Source: Patescibacteria group bacterium (GTDB taxonomy: Bacteria; Patescibacteriota; Patescibacteriia; JAHJFT01). Taken from it: DNA of 64,000 nucleotides. Below are positions 8,674-16,776 of the stretch, in pieces. The position numbers and the translations under genes are program-made. The first letter of the stretch is position 1. Every line of letters begins with the position of its first letter. The notes under the pieces were generated by a model. That model was not told the DNA's origin, did not search any database, and saw only the letters and a program-made list of their open reading frames with translations. Location of the stretch: positions 88,021-152,020 of the forward strand of contig JAQTTB010000001.1 in the NCBI GenBank assembly GCA_028710985.1. Direction: 5' to 3'.

Positions 8674-9120
8674 TTATTCGGCTAACCACTGATTTTCTTC
8701 AAGCAATTGTTTAAACATGCCGCGGCCCTCGTCGAGATCCTCCGCGCTCCCGCCGAATCCTTTTTCCAAAAAATTCAGAGCAATCACGAAATCCAGATGC
8801 ATTGACTTTGCCTCTTCCGGCACCGCGAGCTCCAAGGCCGTCACTTTTATTTCCGAAGTCAAACCAAGATACGGCGAACGAACCGTAAGCTTATCCAAAT
8901 CCCCTATTTTGCCTGAATAATCACTGACTAATTCTTTTATCGCTTTGTCATACCGCGCTTTTACAACTTCTCGGCTCAAAGAAGCCGGCACCTCGGTACC
9001 GTTTTCGTCCGCCGAAGGCGCCGGCGACGTCATTGAAACGGCAATAACTAAAATGAGCGCCAGGCTTACGCCCGAAAGAAGCAGCCAAAATGAAAATTTT
9101 GATAAATCAAATTTATGCAT
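8674..9120 (-). CDS. Small N-terminally anchored hypothetical protein.
   Basis: Signal or transmembrane segment FWLLLSGVSLALILVIAV. No known motif. Confidence 0.35.
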   Translation of the reverse strand: MHKFDLSKFSFWLLLSGVSLALILVIAVSMTSPAPSADENGTEVPASLSREVVKARYDKAIKELVSDYSGKIGDLDKLTVRSPYLGLTSEIKVTALELAVPEEAKSMHLDFVIALNFLEKGFGGSAEDLDEGRGMFKQLLEENQWLAE

Positions 9121-10180
9121 CTTTTCGTTTCGAATCGTTTGACCAGTCGTCGAGCATGTCCTGGATAAAAACGCTCACCACCGTGGCGATCGGTATTGCA
9201 AGTATGGCCCCGGCGATACCGCCGAGCTTGGCGCCGATCAAAAGCGCGGCGATGCTCACAATGGGGTTCAGGCCCACGGTTTTTTGAGTAATCTTTGGCG
9301 TTAGTACATTATTCTCAAGCTGCTGAATCAAAATATAAACTATCAATACCAAAAGCGCCTTGACCGGCGATTGCACGAATGCGAGAAATATCGCTGGCAC
9401 GGAGGCGAGAACCGGACCGAGATACGGCACGAATTCAGCCGCTGCTGCGATAAGCGCTAGCATTAAAGCATAATGCACGCCCAAAATGGTAAGAGCAATA
9501 TATACAAGCAGCCCGACTAAAAAACTGATCAAAATCTGACCGCGCAGCCAAAGTCCGATTTTGACTTTCATGCGAGAAATCAGTTGAGCGACGTACGGCT
9601 GGTATTTCACTGGTGTTATATTATGGAAGGTGCGCTTCGCTGAGCTCTCCTCCGCAACCATATAGAAAGTCAATACTAATATAAGCACGATTGCCGCAAG
9701 GCCTCCAAAAAATCCGGTAATTGTGCCAAAGAGGCCGCTCATCGCACCGGTTAACCATTCTCCGGCCGCCACGAGCCCGCGCTCTACTCCGGATTCAATT
9801 CCGCGGGAATAGGCATATCCCTTAACGACATTAAAGCCGGATGTAATTTTTTCCCAATAATGCTCAAAATTCGCAGCAAGCTGTCCAATTTCTTCCACGA
9901 GCGGTGGAATAAGCAGAAATAGAATAACCGCGAGAAGCGCCAGAAGCACTACATAAATAAATATTACGGCGAGCGAGCGCGGAATCCGGTGTCTTTGAAA
10001 CCAGTCTGCAAAAGGATCAATCAAGGCGGCGAGGATCAATGCCACGAAAAATATGGCCAAGATATCCCTGATTATCCATAAAAAAACCAGGGTGAGCGCG
10101 ACTAACGCCACTTTGATTATTGTCATCGTGGAGATACCCACGACTCCCTGCCCCGAATGTGGAAATTTTTCAACTGTCAT
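9113..10180 (-). CDS. AI-2E family transporter (PerM/YdiK-like permease).
   Basis: About 350 aa with eight transmembrane helices and the conserved EFVPYLGPV ... QQLENNVLTPKI block typical of PF01594. Confidence 0.8.
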   Translation of the reverse strand: MTVEKFPHSGQGVVGISTMTIIKVALVALTLVFLWIIRDILAIFFVALILAALIDPFADWFQRHRIPRSLAVIFIYVVLLALLAVILFLLIPPLVEEIGQLAANFEHYWEKITSGFNVVKGYAYSRGIESGVERGLVAAGEWLTGAMSGLFGTITGFFGGLAAIVLILVLTFYMVAEESSAKRTFHNITPVKYQPYVAQLISRMKVKIGLWLRGQILISFLVGLLVYIALTILGVHYALMLALIAAAAEFVPYLGPVLASVPAIFLAFVQSPVKALLVLIVYILIQQLENNVLTPKITQKTVGLNPIVSIAALLIGAKLGGIAGAILAIPIATVVSVFIQDMLDDWSNDSKRKDA

Positions 10181-10219
10181 AGCGATTTTTTACTTATTAT
10201 TAATATATAGTATACCAAT

Positions 10220-10249
10220 TTTACAACATGCCGGTCAAACCACTATAAT
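10220..10249 (+). promoter_or_regulatory. Candidate sigma70 promoter (TTTACA, 18-nt spacer, TATAAT) ending about 8 nt before the smpB ATG. This implies a leaderless or near-leaderless smpB mRNA.
   Basis: ttTTTACAacatgccggtcaaaccacTATAATataacggtATG. Confidence 0.35.
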
Positions 10250-10257
10250 ATAACGGT

Positions 10258-10707
10258 ATGCCCGCCATCAGTATCAACAAAAAAGGCCTGCACAATTACG
10301 AAATCCTGGAACGCTTCGAGGCCGGCATTGTTTTATCCGGCCAGGAGGTTAAATCCGTAAAAGGCGGCCAGATGCACCTGGACGGCGCCTATGTCCGCGT
10401 CCGCGGCGGCGAGGCCTGGCTCGTTGGCGCCGAAATCCCAAAATACCGCTTCGCCGGCCCTCTGCCGGATTACGACGCCCAGCGCACCCGCAAGCTCCTG
10501 TTCCGCAAGCGGGAAATCCGTTATTTAACCGGAAAAACCCAAGAAAAGGGGTTGACACTCGTGCCGGTTTCAGTGTATACTTCACGAAGTAAAATTAAGT
10601 TGGAAATCGGGCTGGCGCGTGGCCGGCAAAGCCATGATAAGCGCGATGTAATGAAAGAACGCGATGTCAAGCGCCAAATTGCCCGAGCCCTTAAAAGGGG
10701 GATGTAA
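10258..10707 (+). CDS. smpB: SsrA-binding protein SmpB.
   Basis: GQEVKSVKGGQMHLDGAYV ... RTRKLLFRKREI ... KIKLEIGLARGRQSHDKRD. It lies directly upstream of the tmRNA gene. Confidence 0.9.
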   Translation: MPAISINKKGLHNYEILERFEAGIVLSGQEVKSVKGGQMHLDGAYVRVRGGEAWLVGAEIPKYRFAGPLPDYDAQRTRKLLFRKREIRYLTGKTQEKGLTLVPVSVYTSRSKIKLEIGLARGRQSHDKRDVMKERDVKRQIARALKRGM

Positions 10708-11087
10708 AAGAATCGATAGGAGATCCTTTCATTGGATGCGAACCAAGGGCGGCCCGAACCTTGCAAATCCTCGGCCAATCAACAAATGCCAATTTCATGG
10801 CGAGAGTGAAGAGCGCTTTCAGCGTTCCTTCATTCCAAATGGCTATCGCATAAAATCGATGGCCCATCCGACCCGGTTAAGCTTGCTCACCGGGAGCCGG
10901 GTGTCATATCTGCAAGCTCGGCTCCTGCCGCTGCTCGCGGCCGGAACTTAAACAACCCAGAGCTCGTTTCGGTGTAATTTTGTCGGATTTCCTACCATCG
11001 AAATTAAAAAATCAAATCCGGACATGTTCGTAGAATTCCAATGGATCGGCTCACTAGACAGGGGTGCGATTCCCCTCATCTCCACCA
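10698..11087 (+). ncRNA. ssrA: tmRNA (ssrA), standard one-piece form.
   Basis: 5' end GGGGAUG...GAAUCGAUAGG is tRNA-like. 3' end GGGGUGCGAUUCCCCUCAUCUCCACCA gives a T-arm plus acceptor strand. The acceptor pairs GGGGAUG with CAUCUCC, including a G3-U70 Ala identity pair. Length about 390 nt, adjacent to smpB; the 5' end overlaps the smpB stop. Confidence 0.65.
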
Positions 11088-11217
11088 AACAGTTCATGCA
11101 GCCAAGAGTATTCAATATTTATCGATCGGGGTATTAATAGTAGTCCAAGGAATCGCACGGGCGCGAGAGTCCCGACGAAATGTCGGGACGGTGCGCAGCG
11201 CCCCGGACCCCGAGCGG

Positions 11218-11250
11218 AGCGAGGGGCGATTCCCCTCATCTCCACCAATT
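11218..11250 (+). repeat. Direct duplicate of the tmRNA T-arm, 3' acceptor strand and CCA (23 nt identical: GCGATTCCCCTCATCTCCACCAA). It lies 135 bp downstream of the intact 3' end, the arrangement expected for an att site.
   Basis: Compare 11066-11088 with 11226-11248. Confidence 0.6.
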
Positions 11251-11262
11251 CCAATAATACCG

Positions 11263-11814
11263 ATGAGAATATCAAGAAAAAGATACAAAAAACCGGTTAA
11301 TATCGAACCCCAGTATTTTTATAACGAAAAAATCCGCGTGCCCGAAATCATGGTCATCGCGGAAGACGGCCAGAACCTCGGCGTCATGCCAACCCATGAA
11401 GCAATCCGCATCGCCGCCGAACGGGAACTCGATGTTGTGGAGGTTAATCCCAAGGCCGTTCCGCCGATTGCGAAAATAATGGATTACGGCCAATTTAAAT
11501 ACCAAAAAGAAAAAGAATTCAGAAAACTGCGCGCCGGAGCCCACCGCGTGGAAGTAAAAGGTATCCGCCTTTCCGTGCGCATCAGCGACCATGACCTTGC
11601 CATACGGTGCGAACAGGCAAAAAAATTTCTTGACTCCGGCGACCGCGTAAAAATTGAGATACTTCTGCGCGGACGCGAGAAACAGCATCCCGAACTCGCC
11701 TTTGAGCAGGTCAGCGAATTTATCAATCAGCTTTCGAACGTAATAAAATTAAAAATTGAACAACCGGCGACGCGCCAGGGAGGAATGGTAACCGCGCTTG
11801 TTACAAAAACTTAA
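11263..11814 (+). CDS. infC: Translation initiation factor IF-3.
   Basis: NEKIRVPEIMVIAEDGQNLGVM ... KGIRLSVRISDHDLAIRCEQAKKFL ... IKLKIEQPATRQGGMVTALV. The track ORF 11041.. reads through the tmRNA 3' end, so its first 74 codons are rejected. A non-AUG start further upstream is possible. Confidence 0.8.
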   Translation: MRISRKRYKKPVNIEPQYFYNEKIRVPEIMVIAEDGQNLGVMPTHEAIRIAAERELDVVEVNPKAVPPIAKIMDYGQFKYQKEKEFRKLRAGAHRVEVKGIRLSVRISDHDLAIRCEQAKKFLDSGDRVKIEILLRGREKQHPELAFEQVSEFINQLSNVIKLKIEQPATRQGGMVTALVTKT

Positions 11815-11818
11815 ATCT

Positions 11819-12010
11819 ATGAAACCGAAAACAAAAAAAGCCTATTCCAAAAGATTTACCATCACTAAATCTGGAAAAGTCTTGAAACGCTATTGCGGAC
11901 AGGATCATTTTAACGCCCGCGATTCTGGAAATCAGACCCGAAAAAAACGCCGCGATACCAGCGTTTACAAGGCCTGGGGGAAATTAATTAAAGCATCCGT
12001 AAGTAAATAA
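11819..12010 (+). CDS. rpmI: Ribosomal protein bL35.
   Basis: MKPKTKKAYSKRFTITKSGKVLKR... Follows infC in the classic infC-rpmI-rplT order. Confidence 0.85.
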   Translation: MKPKTKKAYSKRFTITKSGKVLKRYCGQDHFNARDSGNQTRKKRRDTSVYKAWGKLIKASVSK

Positions 12011-12012
12011 AT

Positions 12013-12357
12013 ATGCCAAGAGTAAAACGAGGCACAACTCATTTAAAAAGACGGCATAAAATTCTCGCGCAGGCCAAAGGCTACCGCTGGGGCCGCAAAA
12101 ACCGAATCAAACTTGCGAAAACCGCTATCACAAAAGCCGGCGCCCATGCCTACCGCGACCGCAAGAATAAAAAAAGGCTGAACCGCGGTCTATGGCACAT
12201 CAAGATAAACGCCGCCGTCCGTCCACTCGGATTATCCTACAGCCGATTTATGAACGCACTGAAGAAAAAGAAAATTGAACTGGACCGCAAGGTTCTTGCC
12301 GATCTCGCGGAAAACGAACCCAAAATATTTGAAGCAATTGTAAAAGCCGTAAAATAA
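12013..12357 (+). CDS. rplT: Ribosomal protein bL20.
   Basis: MPRVKRGTTHLKRRHKILAQAKGYRWGRKN... Confidence 0.9.
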   Translation: MPRVKRGTTHLKRRHKILAQAKGYRWGRKNRIKLAKTAITKAGAHAYRDRKNKKRLNRGLWHIKINAAVRPLGLSYSRFMNALKKKKIELDRKVLADLAENEPKIFEAIVKAVK

Positions 12358-12371
12358 TCAATTTGTAAAAA

Positions 12372-12421
12372 CATTCCGACCGCGACCTGCCTGCCGGCAG
12401 GCAGGATCGGAATGTTTTTTA
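12372..12421 (+). terminator. Rho-independent terminator after rplT.
   Basis: cattccga...cctgcctgccggcaggcagg...atcggaatg followed by TTTTTT. Confidence 0.6.
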
Positions 12422-12515
12422 TTCTAATTCAGCCATTGACATGCGGCAATCCGTGTGATAAATCAACATAATAAGTCCTTTGACCCAAACCAAACCTCAG
12501 AAGGAGGAAGCGATA

Positions 12516-13190
12516 ATGTCGGATGACGAAAAGAAAGAAGATAAAAAGGCCTCGGCTGGGACACTGATCGGAATCAAAAACCCTCCGGCCGTCCCGCCGG
12601 CCGCACCAGCGCCCGCGCCCGAACCCACGCACCTCACCCTGAAGGAAGTCGCGGACGACCCGGCTCCGGTCCGGCCAGTCACCCAGCCTCAACCCCTGGA
12701 ACCCGTCATGCCCGCGCCAACCGAAGCCCAGGTACAAGAGGCGCTGAACCGCGTCGCCACACCCGCGCCCTCGGCCAAGGCCGCCGCGCCGCCGAAAGCA
12801 GAGGAAAAGCGGCGCCTCATCCGAATCGCCGGCCAGGATCACGACCTGCTCCATCTCGTCACCGGAGCCATTATCGTGCTCTTTGTTTCGGTGATACTCG
12901 TTGCCATGATCGCCGCACTGGTGAACGATTCTATTTCTCACCACCACCCTCACCTAGCGGCTCCGATTCCGACGCACCTGACGCGCCTACTGCCCGCACC
13001 GCCGGTACTGATCTGTGACGAGCAAAGCGTCAAGACCGTCACCGCCGGCCGCATAGAATACACCGGCTGCCACTGGTTCCCACCCCGGCCCGCCGGCACC
13101 GTTCCAAAAACCCTGTACTGCGATGACAGCAATCATCCGACTGATATGCCGAACGGTAAAATCTGGTTCACTGACTGCAAACCCAAATAG
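12516..13190 (+). CDS. Pro/Ala-rich membrane protein: a low-complexity N-terminal half (PAVPPAAPAPAPEP...), one transmembrane helix and a Cys-containing C-terminal domain. Hypothetical.
   Basis: GAAGGAGGA Shine-Dalgarno before the ATG at 12516. Transmembrane segment LVTGAIIVLFVSVILVAMIAALV. GC higher than its surroundings. Confidence 0.5.
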   Translation: MSDDEKKEDKKASAGTLIGIKNPPAVPPAAPAPAPEPTHLTLKEVADDPAPVRPVTQPQPLEPVMPAPTEAQVQEALNRVATPAPSAKAAAPPKAEEKRRLIRIAGQDHDLLHLVTGAIIVLFVSVILVAMIAALVNDSISHHHPHLAAPIPTHLTRLLPAPPVLICDEQSVKTVTAGRIEYTGCHWFPPRPAGTVPKTLYCDDSNHPTDMPNGKIWFTDCKPK

Positions 13191-13202
13191 CCTCTCCTCT
13201 TC

Positions 13203-13234
13203 CAGGACCCTCTCGGGTCCTTTTGTTTTTGTTT
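13203..13234 (+). terminator. Rho-independent terminator.
   Basis: aggaccctctcgggtcct followed by tttgtttttgttt. Confidence 0.5.
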
Positions 13235-13252
13235 AAATAAAAAAATTCCACT

Positions 13253-13292
13253 GCGGACCGTACGGGATTCGAACCCGTGGTCTCCTCCGTGA
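13253..13292 (-). repeat. Copy of the 3' 40 nt of tRNA-Asp (anticodon-stem 3' half through acceptor 3' strand). It is flanked by a CTGCGG/CCGCAG inverted repeat and followed by a U-run on the minus strand.
   Basis: Identical to 13361-13400 of the intact tRNA and about 68 nt away from it. Confidence 0.55.
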
Positions 13293-13359
13293 TCCCGCAG
13301 CTCGCTCGCTTCGCTCGCGAGTGCAGGACAGGCAGGAAGGCGCAAAATAAAAAAATCTC

Positions 13360-13439
13360 AGCGGACCGTACGGGATTCGAACCCGTGGTCTCCTCCGTGA
13401 CAGGGAGGCGTGTTAAACCAGGCTACACCAACGGTCCGC
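13360..13439 (-). tRNA. tRNA-Asp (anticodon GUC).
   Basis: Reverse complement: GCGGACCGTTGGTGTAGCCTGGTTTAACACGCCTCCCTGTCACGGAGGAGACCACGGGTTCGAATCCCGTACGGTCCGCT. Cloverleaf with anticodon loop CUGUCAC. No encoded CCA. Confidence 0.85.
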
Positions 13440-13497
13440 TGAGATTTTTTTAAAGAACTAGGTTAGCGTGCTTGTCCCGCACCCTTGCGGTGCGGGA

Positions 13498-13524
13498 TTA
13501 AACCAGGCTACACCAACGGTCCGC
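13498..13524 (-). repeat. 27-nt copy of the tRNA-Asp 5' half (acceptor 5' strand plus D-arm), fused to a GC hairpin (TCCCGCACC-GCAAG-GGTGCGGGA).
   Basis: ttaaaccaggctacaccaacggtccgc is identical to 13413-13439. Confidence 0.45.
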
Positions 13525-13620
13525 GATGGAATTTTTTATGTCCATAGTTTATCAAAACAGCATCAAATTGACAAGGGGTCGGGAATAAAAAAACGCACCA
13601 AGGGGTGCGTTCTGAAGAAC

Positions 13621-14244
13621 CTAGAGGAACATGCTTCCGATGAAAGGAAACCGTCCGGCCCGCTTCAGGGTCTTAACGATGTGCAGTCCGAACATCCACG
13701 GACAGTGGTTCTCGAACCGCAGGCCGGTCCGCGCGAGAATTGACGCCGTCTCTCCGCCCAGTATGAGATGGATTGGCCCGTTCTCGTCCCGGGTAAAAAG
13801 AGAACCTTCGAGCGAACTGAAGACATTGCCCCGCAGGCCGAGAGACCAGCAGGCAAGCTGGTTCAGGTCCCACATCCAGGTCACCGGATCAAGCGCGGCG
13901 CAGGGTTCGTCGCCCATGCGGCCGGTTGGCGCGCCCGGGCACGAGAGCATCTCGTAGCACCCGCTCTTCAGTGACGCAACCAGCCACTCGACGATTTCCC
14001 AAATGTCGCGGGATTTCTTGACGATAACTCTGCCTCCCTCCTCCGGCCGCAAATAGAAACGGTAGAATCCCGGTGAAAGCAATGACCGCGGATCTGCCAC
14101 CCATTCTATCGGCGGATCGCCTAGATACCCGGCGCAGCCAAGCATGGCTTTCATGAAATTGATCGCCATATCCGCTTCGCCGCACTCGCTTTCCCTTCGC
14201 AGCCTCGCTGTGCTGCTCGCCACCGTACCCAAGATCTCTTCCAT
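13621..14244 (-). CDS. Hypothetical protein of 207 aa; no recognisable motif.
   Basis: GGAGG Shine-Dalgarno 7 nt before ATG (MEEILGTVASS...). GC-rich relative to its flanks. No similarity I can assign. Confidence 0.45.
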   Translation of the reverse strand: MEEILGTVASSTARLRRESECGEADMAINFMKAMLGCAGYLGDPPIEWVADPRSLLSPGFYRFYLRPEEGGRVIVKKSRDIWEIVEWLVASLKSGCYEMLSCPGAPTGRMGDEPCAALDPVTWMWDLNQLACWSLGLRGNVFSSLEGSLFTRDENGPIHLILGGETASILARTGLRFENHCPWMFGLHIVKTLKRAGRFPFIGSMFL

Positions 14245-14341
14245 CTCGCCTCCTGTTTTCTCTCTTTTTCTAGGTTGAGGTTCAAGGAACAAAAAAGATG
14301 TATACAACGATACATCCATCTGCGGGCATTGTCAATATTTA

Positions 14342-16732
14342 TCAGCGCCCTTTGCCTTTGCTCCGTTCCATCTCCGCCACCCGCCGCCGTGTCGCGAGTA
14401 CGGTATCCGGATTCAACGAAATACTGTCAATCCCCTCTTTTACCAAAAAATCCGTGTATTCTGGATAATCCGACGGCGCCTGGCCGCAGATGCCGACTTT
14501 ACGGCCCGCGCGGTGGGCTTCGCGGATGACCTGGCGGATCAGAATTTTTACCGCCTCGTTGCGCTCGTCGTAGATATGGCTCACGAGCTCGGAATCGCGG
14601 TCAACACCGAGCGCGAGCTGTGTCAGATCATTGGAGCCAATGCTGAACCCGTCAAAAATTTTCGCGAACTCGCGGGCGAGTATCACGTTTGAGGGAATCT
14701 CGCACATCACATAAACCTCGAGCCCGCCCTCGCCCCGCCGGAGGCCGGACTTGGCCATTTCCGCCAAGACCCGCTCGCCTTCTCTGGGCGTGCGGCAAAA
14801 TGGTATCATCATGATAATATTTTTAAGCCCCCACTTTTCCCGCGCCCGCTTAATCGCCCGGCATTCCAAGCCAAAGGCTTGTTTGAATTTTTGATCATAG
14901 TATCGGCTCGCGCCGCGCCAGCCGAGCATGGGATTATTTTCTTTCGGCTCGAAATATTTTCCACCAATAAGACTCACGTATTCATTGGTTTTAAAATCCG
15001 AAAGCCGCACGATCACCGGCTTGGGATAAAAAGCCGCGGCAATACGCGCGATTCCTTCGGCAAGCTTTGCCACCACGTACTCGCTTTTATCCGGCCAGCC
15101 GCGGGTGAGCCGCGCGATCGCCCGCCGCGAGGCGGCGTCTTTTATTTTACCCGGATTGAGAATGGCAAGCGGATGTATTTTTATAAAATTCGTAAAAATA
15201 AATTCTTCGCGCGCCAGCCCCACTCCGTCATTCGGTAAAAATGAAAATTCAAACGCAAGCTCGGGCTCGCCCACGTTCATCATAATTTTAGTTTTCGTGC
15301 GCGGTATGTTTTTTAAAGCCGTACTACGGCGGATAAACGCGAGAATTCCGTTATAGACATAGCCGGTCTCGCCCTCGCAGCAGCTTACGGTCACGCTCTG
15401 TCCCGAACGGATAACTTTTGTCGCGTCTCCGGTGCCGACCACGCACGGAATGCCGAGCTCGCGCGACACAATTGCCGCGTGCGAAGTTTTGCCGCCCTGT
15501 TCGGTTACAATCGCGCTCGCGATTCTCATCAGCGGCTCCCAGTCCGGATCCGTAATACGCGTTACAAGCACTTCGCCCGGATGAAACTTTTTCATGTCGC
15601 GCGGATCGCGGATTATTCTTGCCCTGCCCTGGCCGATGCGCGACCCGATGCTCGAGCCGGCTGTTATGACCCGCCCTCTTTTTTTAAGCCGGTATTCGTA
15701 AATCACATTCTTGTTCTTTTGCGACTGCACGGTTTCCGGCCGCGCCTGCACAATAAAAATTTCACCGGTCCGGCCGTCTTTTGCCCATTCGATATCCTGC
15801 GGCCGACCGTAATACTTTTCAATTCTTATTGCCCATCGCGCGAGCTTCAGGATATCCGCGTCCGAAAGCACCAGGCGGTCCCGGAGGGCCGCCGGCATTT
15901 TCGCCTGGCGCGTCCCGCCCTTCGCGTAAACAAGCTTCACATCCTTTGTGCCGATAATCTTGCTGATAATCGCCGGAAATCCCTTGGCGAGCGTGGGTTT
16001 AAAAACATAATACTGGTCCGGCGTCACGCGCCCCTTTACTACATATTCGCCGAGACCCCAGGAGGCATTAACCAAAACCACGTCCGAAAATCCGCTTTCC
16101 GTATCCAGCGTGAAAATGACCCCGGCCGACCCCAAATCGCTGCGCACCATTTTTTGCACCCCGATCGAAAGATAAGTGCCCATGTGGCTAAAGCCCTGGT
16201 CCTCGCGATACGAGATCGCACGGTTGGTAAAAAGCGAAGCAAAGCACATCTTGCAGCGCTGCACCAAATTTTCGGCTCCGCGCACGTTAAGATATGTCTC
16301 CTGCTGGCCGGCAAATGACGCGCTCGGCAAATCCTCGGCCGTTGCGGACGAACGGACTGCCACGTCGGTAAACGCCTCACCGTATTCGCGGGAGAGTTTG
16401 ACATAAGCCGTTTTGATTTCATGTGCAAGGTCTGCCGGCATTTCCGAATCGAGCATGAGCCGGCGGATCTCTTCACCGCATTTTGCGAGGGCGCGGACAT
16501 CATGGCTCCGCAAGCCGCCGAGAATCAGCCGGATTTTTCTATCAAGCTTGTTGCTTTTCAAAAAATGCTGATATGCGTACGCCGTCACCGCGAATCCGTT
16601 TGGAATTTTTATGCCCCCCGGCGTAAGCGAATGGTACATCTCGCCAAGCGACGCGTTTTTCCCGCCAACAAAAGAAACATCCTTCGCGCGGATGTCTTTA
16701 AACCACAAAATAAACCTCCTCTTTTTTTTCAT
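14342..16732 (-). CDS. ppsA: Phosphoenolpyruvate synthase (pyruvate, water dikinase).
   Basis: 796 aa. PEP-utilising motif GGKTSHAAIVSRELGIPCVVGTGDAT. ATP-grasp N-domain and C-terminal PEP-binding TIM domain. Confidence 0.9.
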   Translation of the reverse strand: MKKKRRFILWFKDIRAKDVSFVGGKNASLGEMYHSLTPGGIKIPNGFAVTAYAYQHFLKSNKLDRKIRLILGGLRSHDVRALAKCGEEIRRLMLDSEMPADLAHEIKTAYVKLSREYGEAFTDVAVRSSATAEDLPSASFAGQQETYLNVRGAENLVQRCKMCFASLFTNRAISYREDQGFSHMGTYLSIGVQKMVRSDLGSAGVIFTLDTESGFSDVVLVNASWGLGEYVVKGRVTPDQYYVFKPTLAKGFPAIISKIIGTKDVKLVYAKGGTRQAKMPAALRDRLVLSDADILKLARWAIRIEKYYGRPQDIEWAKDGRTGEIFIVQARPETVQSQKNKNVIYEYRLKKRGRVITAGSSIGSRIGQGRARIIRDPRDMKKFHPGEVLVTRITDPDWEPLMRIASAIVTEQGGKTSHAAIVSRELGIPCVVGTGDATKVIRSGQSVTVSCCEGETGYVYNGILAFIRRSTALKNIPRTKTKIMMNVGEPELAFEFSFLPNDGVGLAREEFIFTNFIKIHPLAILNPGKIKDAASRRAIARLTRGWPDKSEYVVAKLAEGIARIAAAFYPKPVIVRLSDFKTNEYVSLIGGKYFEPKENNPMLGWRGASRYYDQKFKQAFGLECRAIKRAREKWGLKNIIMMIPFCRTPREGERVLAEMAKSGLRRGEGGLEVYVMCEIPSNVILAREFAKIFDGFSIGSNDLTQLALGVDRDSELVSHIYDERNEAVKILIRQVIREAHRAGRKVGICGQAPSDYPEYTDFLVKEGIDSISLNPDTVLATRRRVAEMERSKGKGR

Positions 16733-16755
16733 ACGTCCTAATATATTTTTTGTAC

Positions 16756-16775
16756 GGGTCGCATATATGCGACCC
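16756..16775. repeat. Palindromic 20-mer GGGTCGCATATATGCGACCC (first copy), lying 1 nt from the pyk stop.
   Basis: The same core recurs at 47249-47268 and 52328-52349. Confidence 0.6.
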
Positions 16776-16776
16776 T

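Noticed and set aside
10698-11087. Two-piece (circularly permuted) tmRNA, as an explanation for the two CCA ends.
   Set aside because: The first copy pairs properly with the GGGGAUG 5' strand to give a standard one-piece tmRNA. The second CCA end lacks an upstream coding piece, so it reads as a duplicated att-like fragment rather than a permuted gene.
11041-11262. N-terminal 74 codons of track ORF 11041..11814 (MDRLTRQGCDSPHLHQ...).
   Set aside because: They read straight through the tmRNA T-arm, CCA end and its duplicate. IF-3 homology begins at MRISRKRYKK (11263).
14275-14529. Small plus-strand ORF 14275..14529 and the cluster of overlapping ORFs at 13631..13974.
   Set aside because: They overlap the ppsA 3' end or the 13621..14244 gene on the opposite strand, with no Shine-Dalgarno or motif support.
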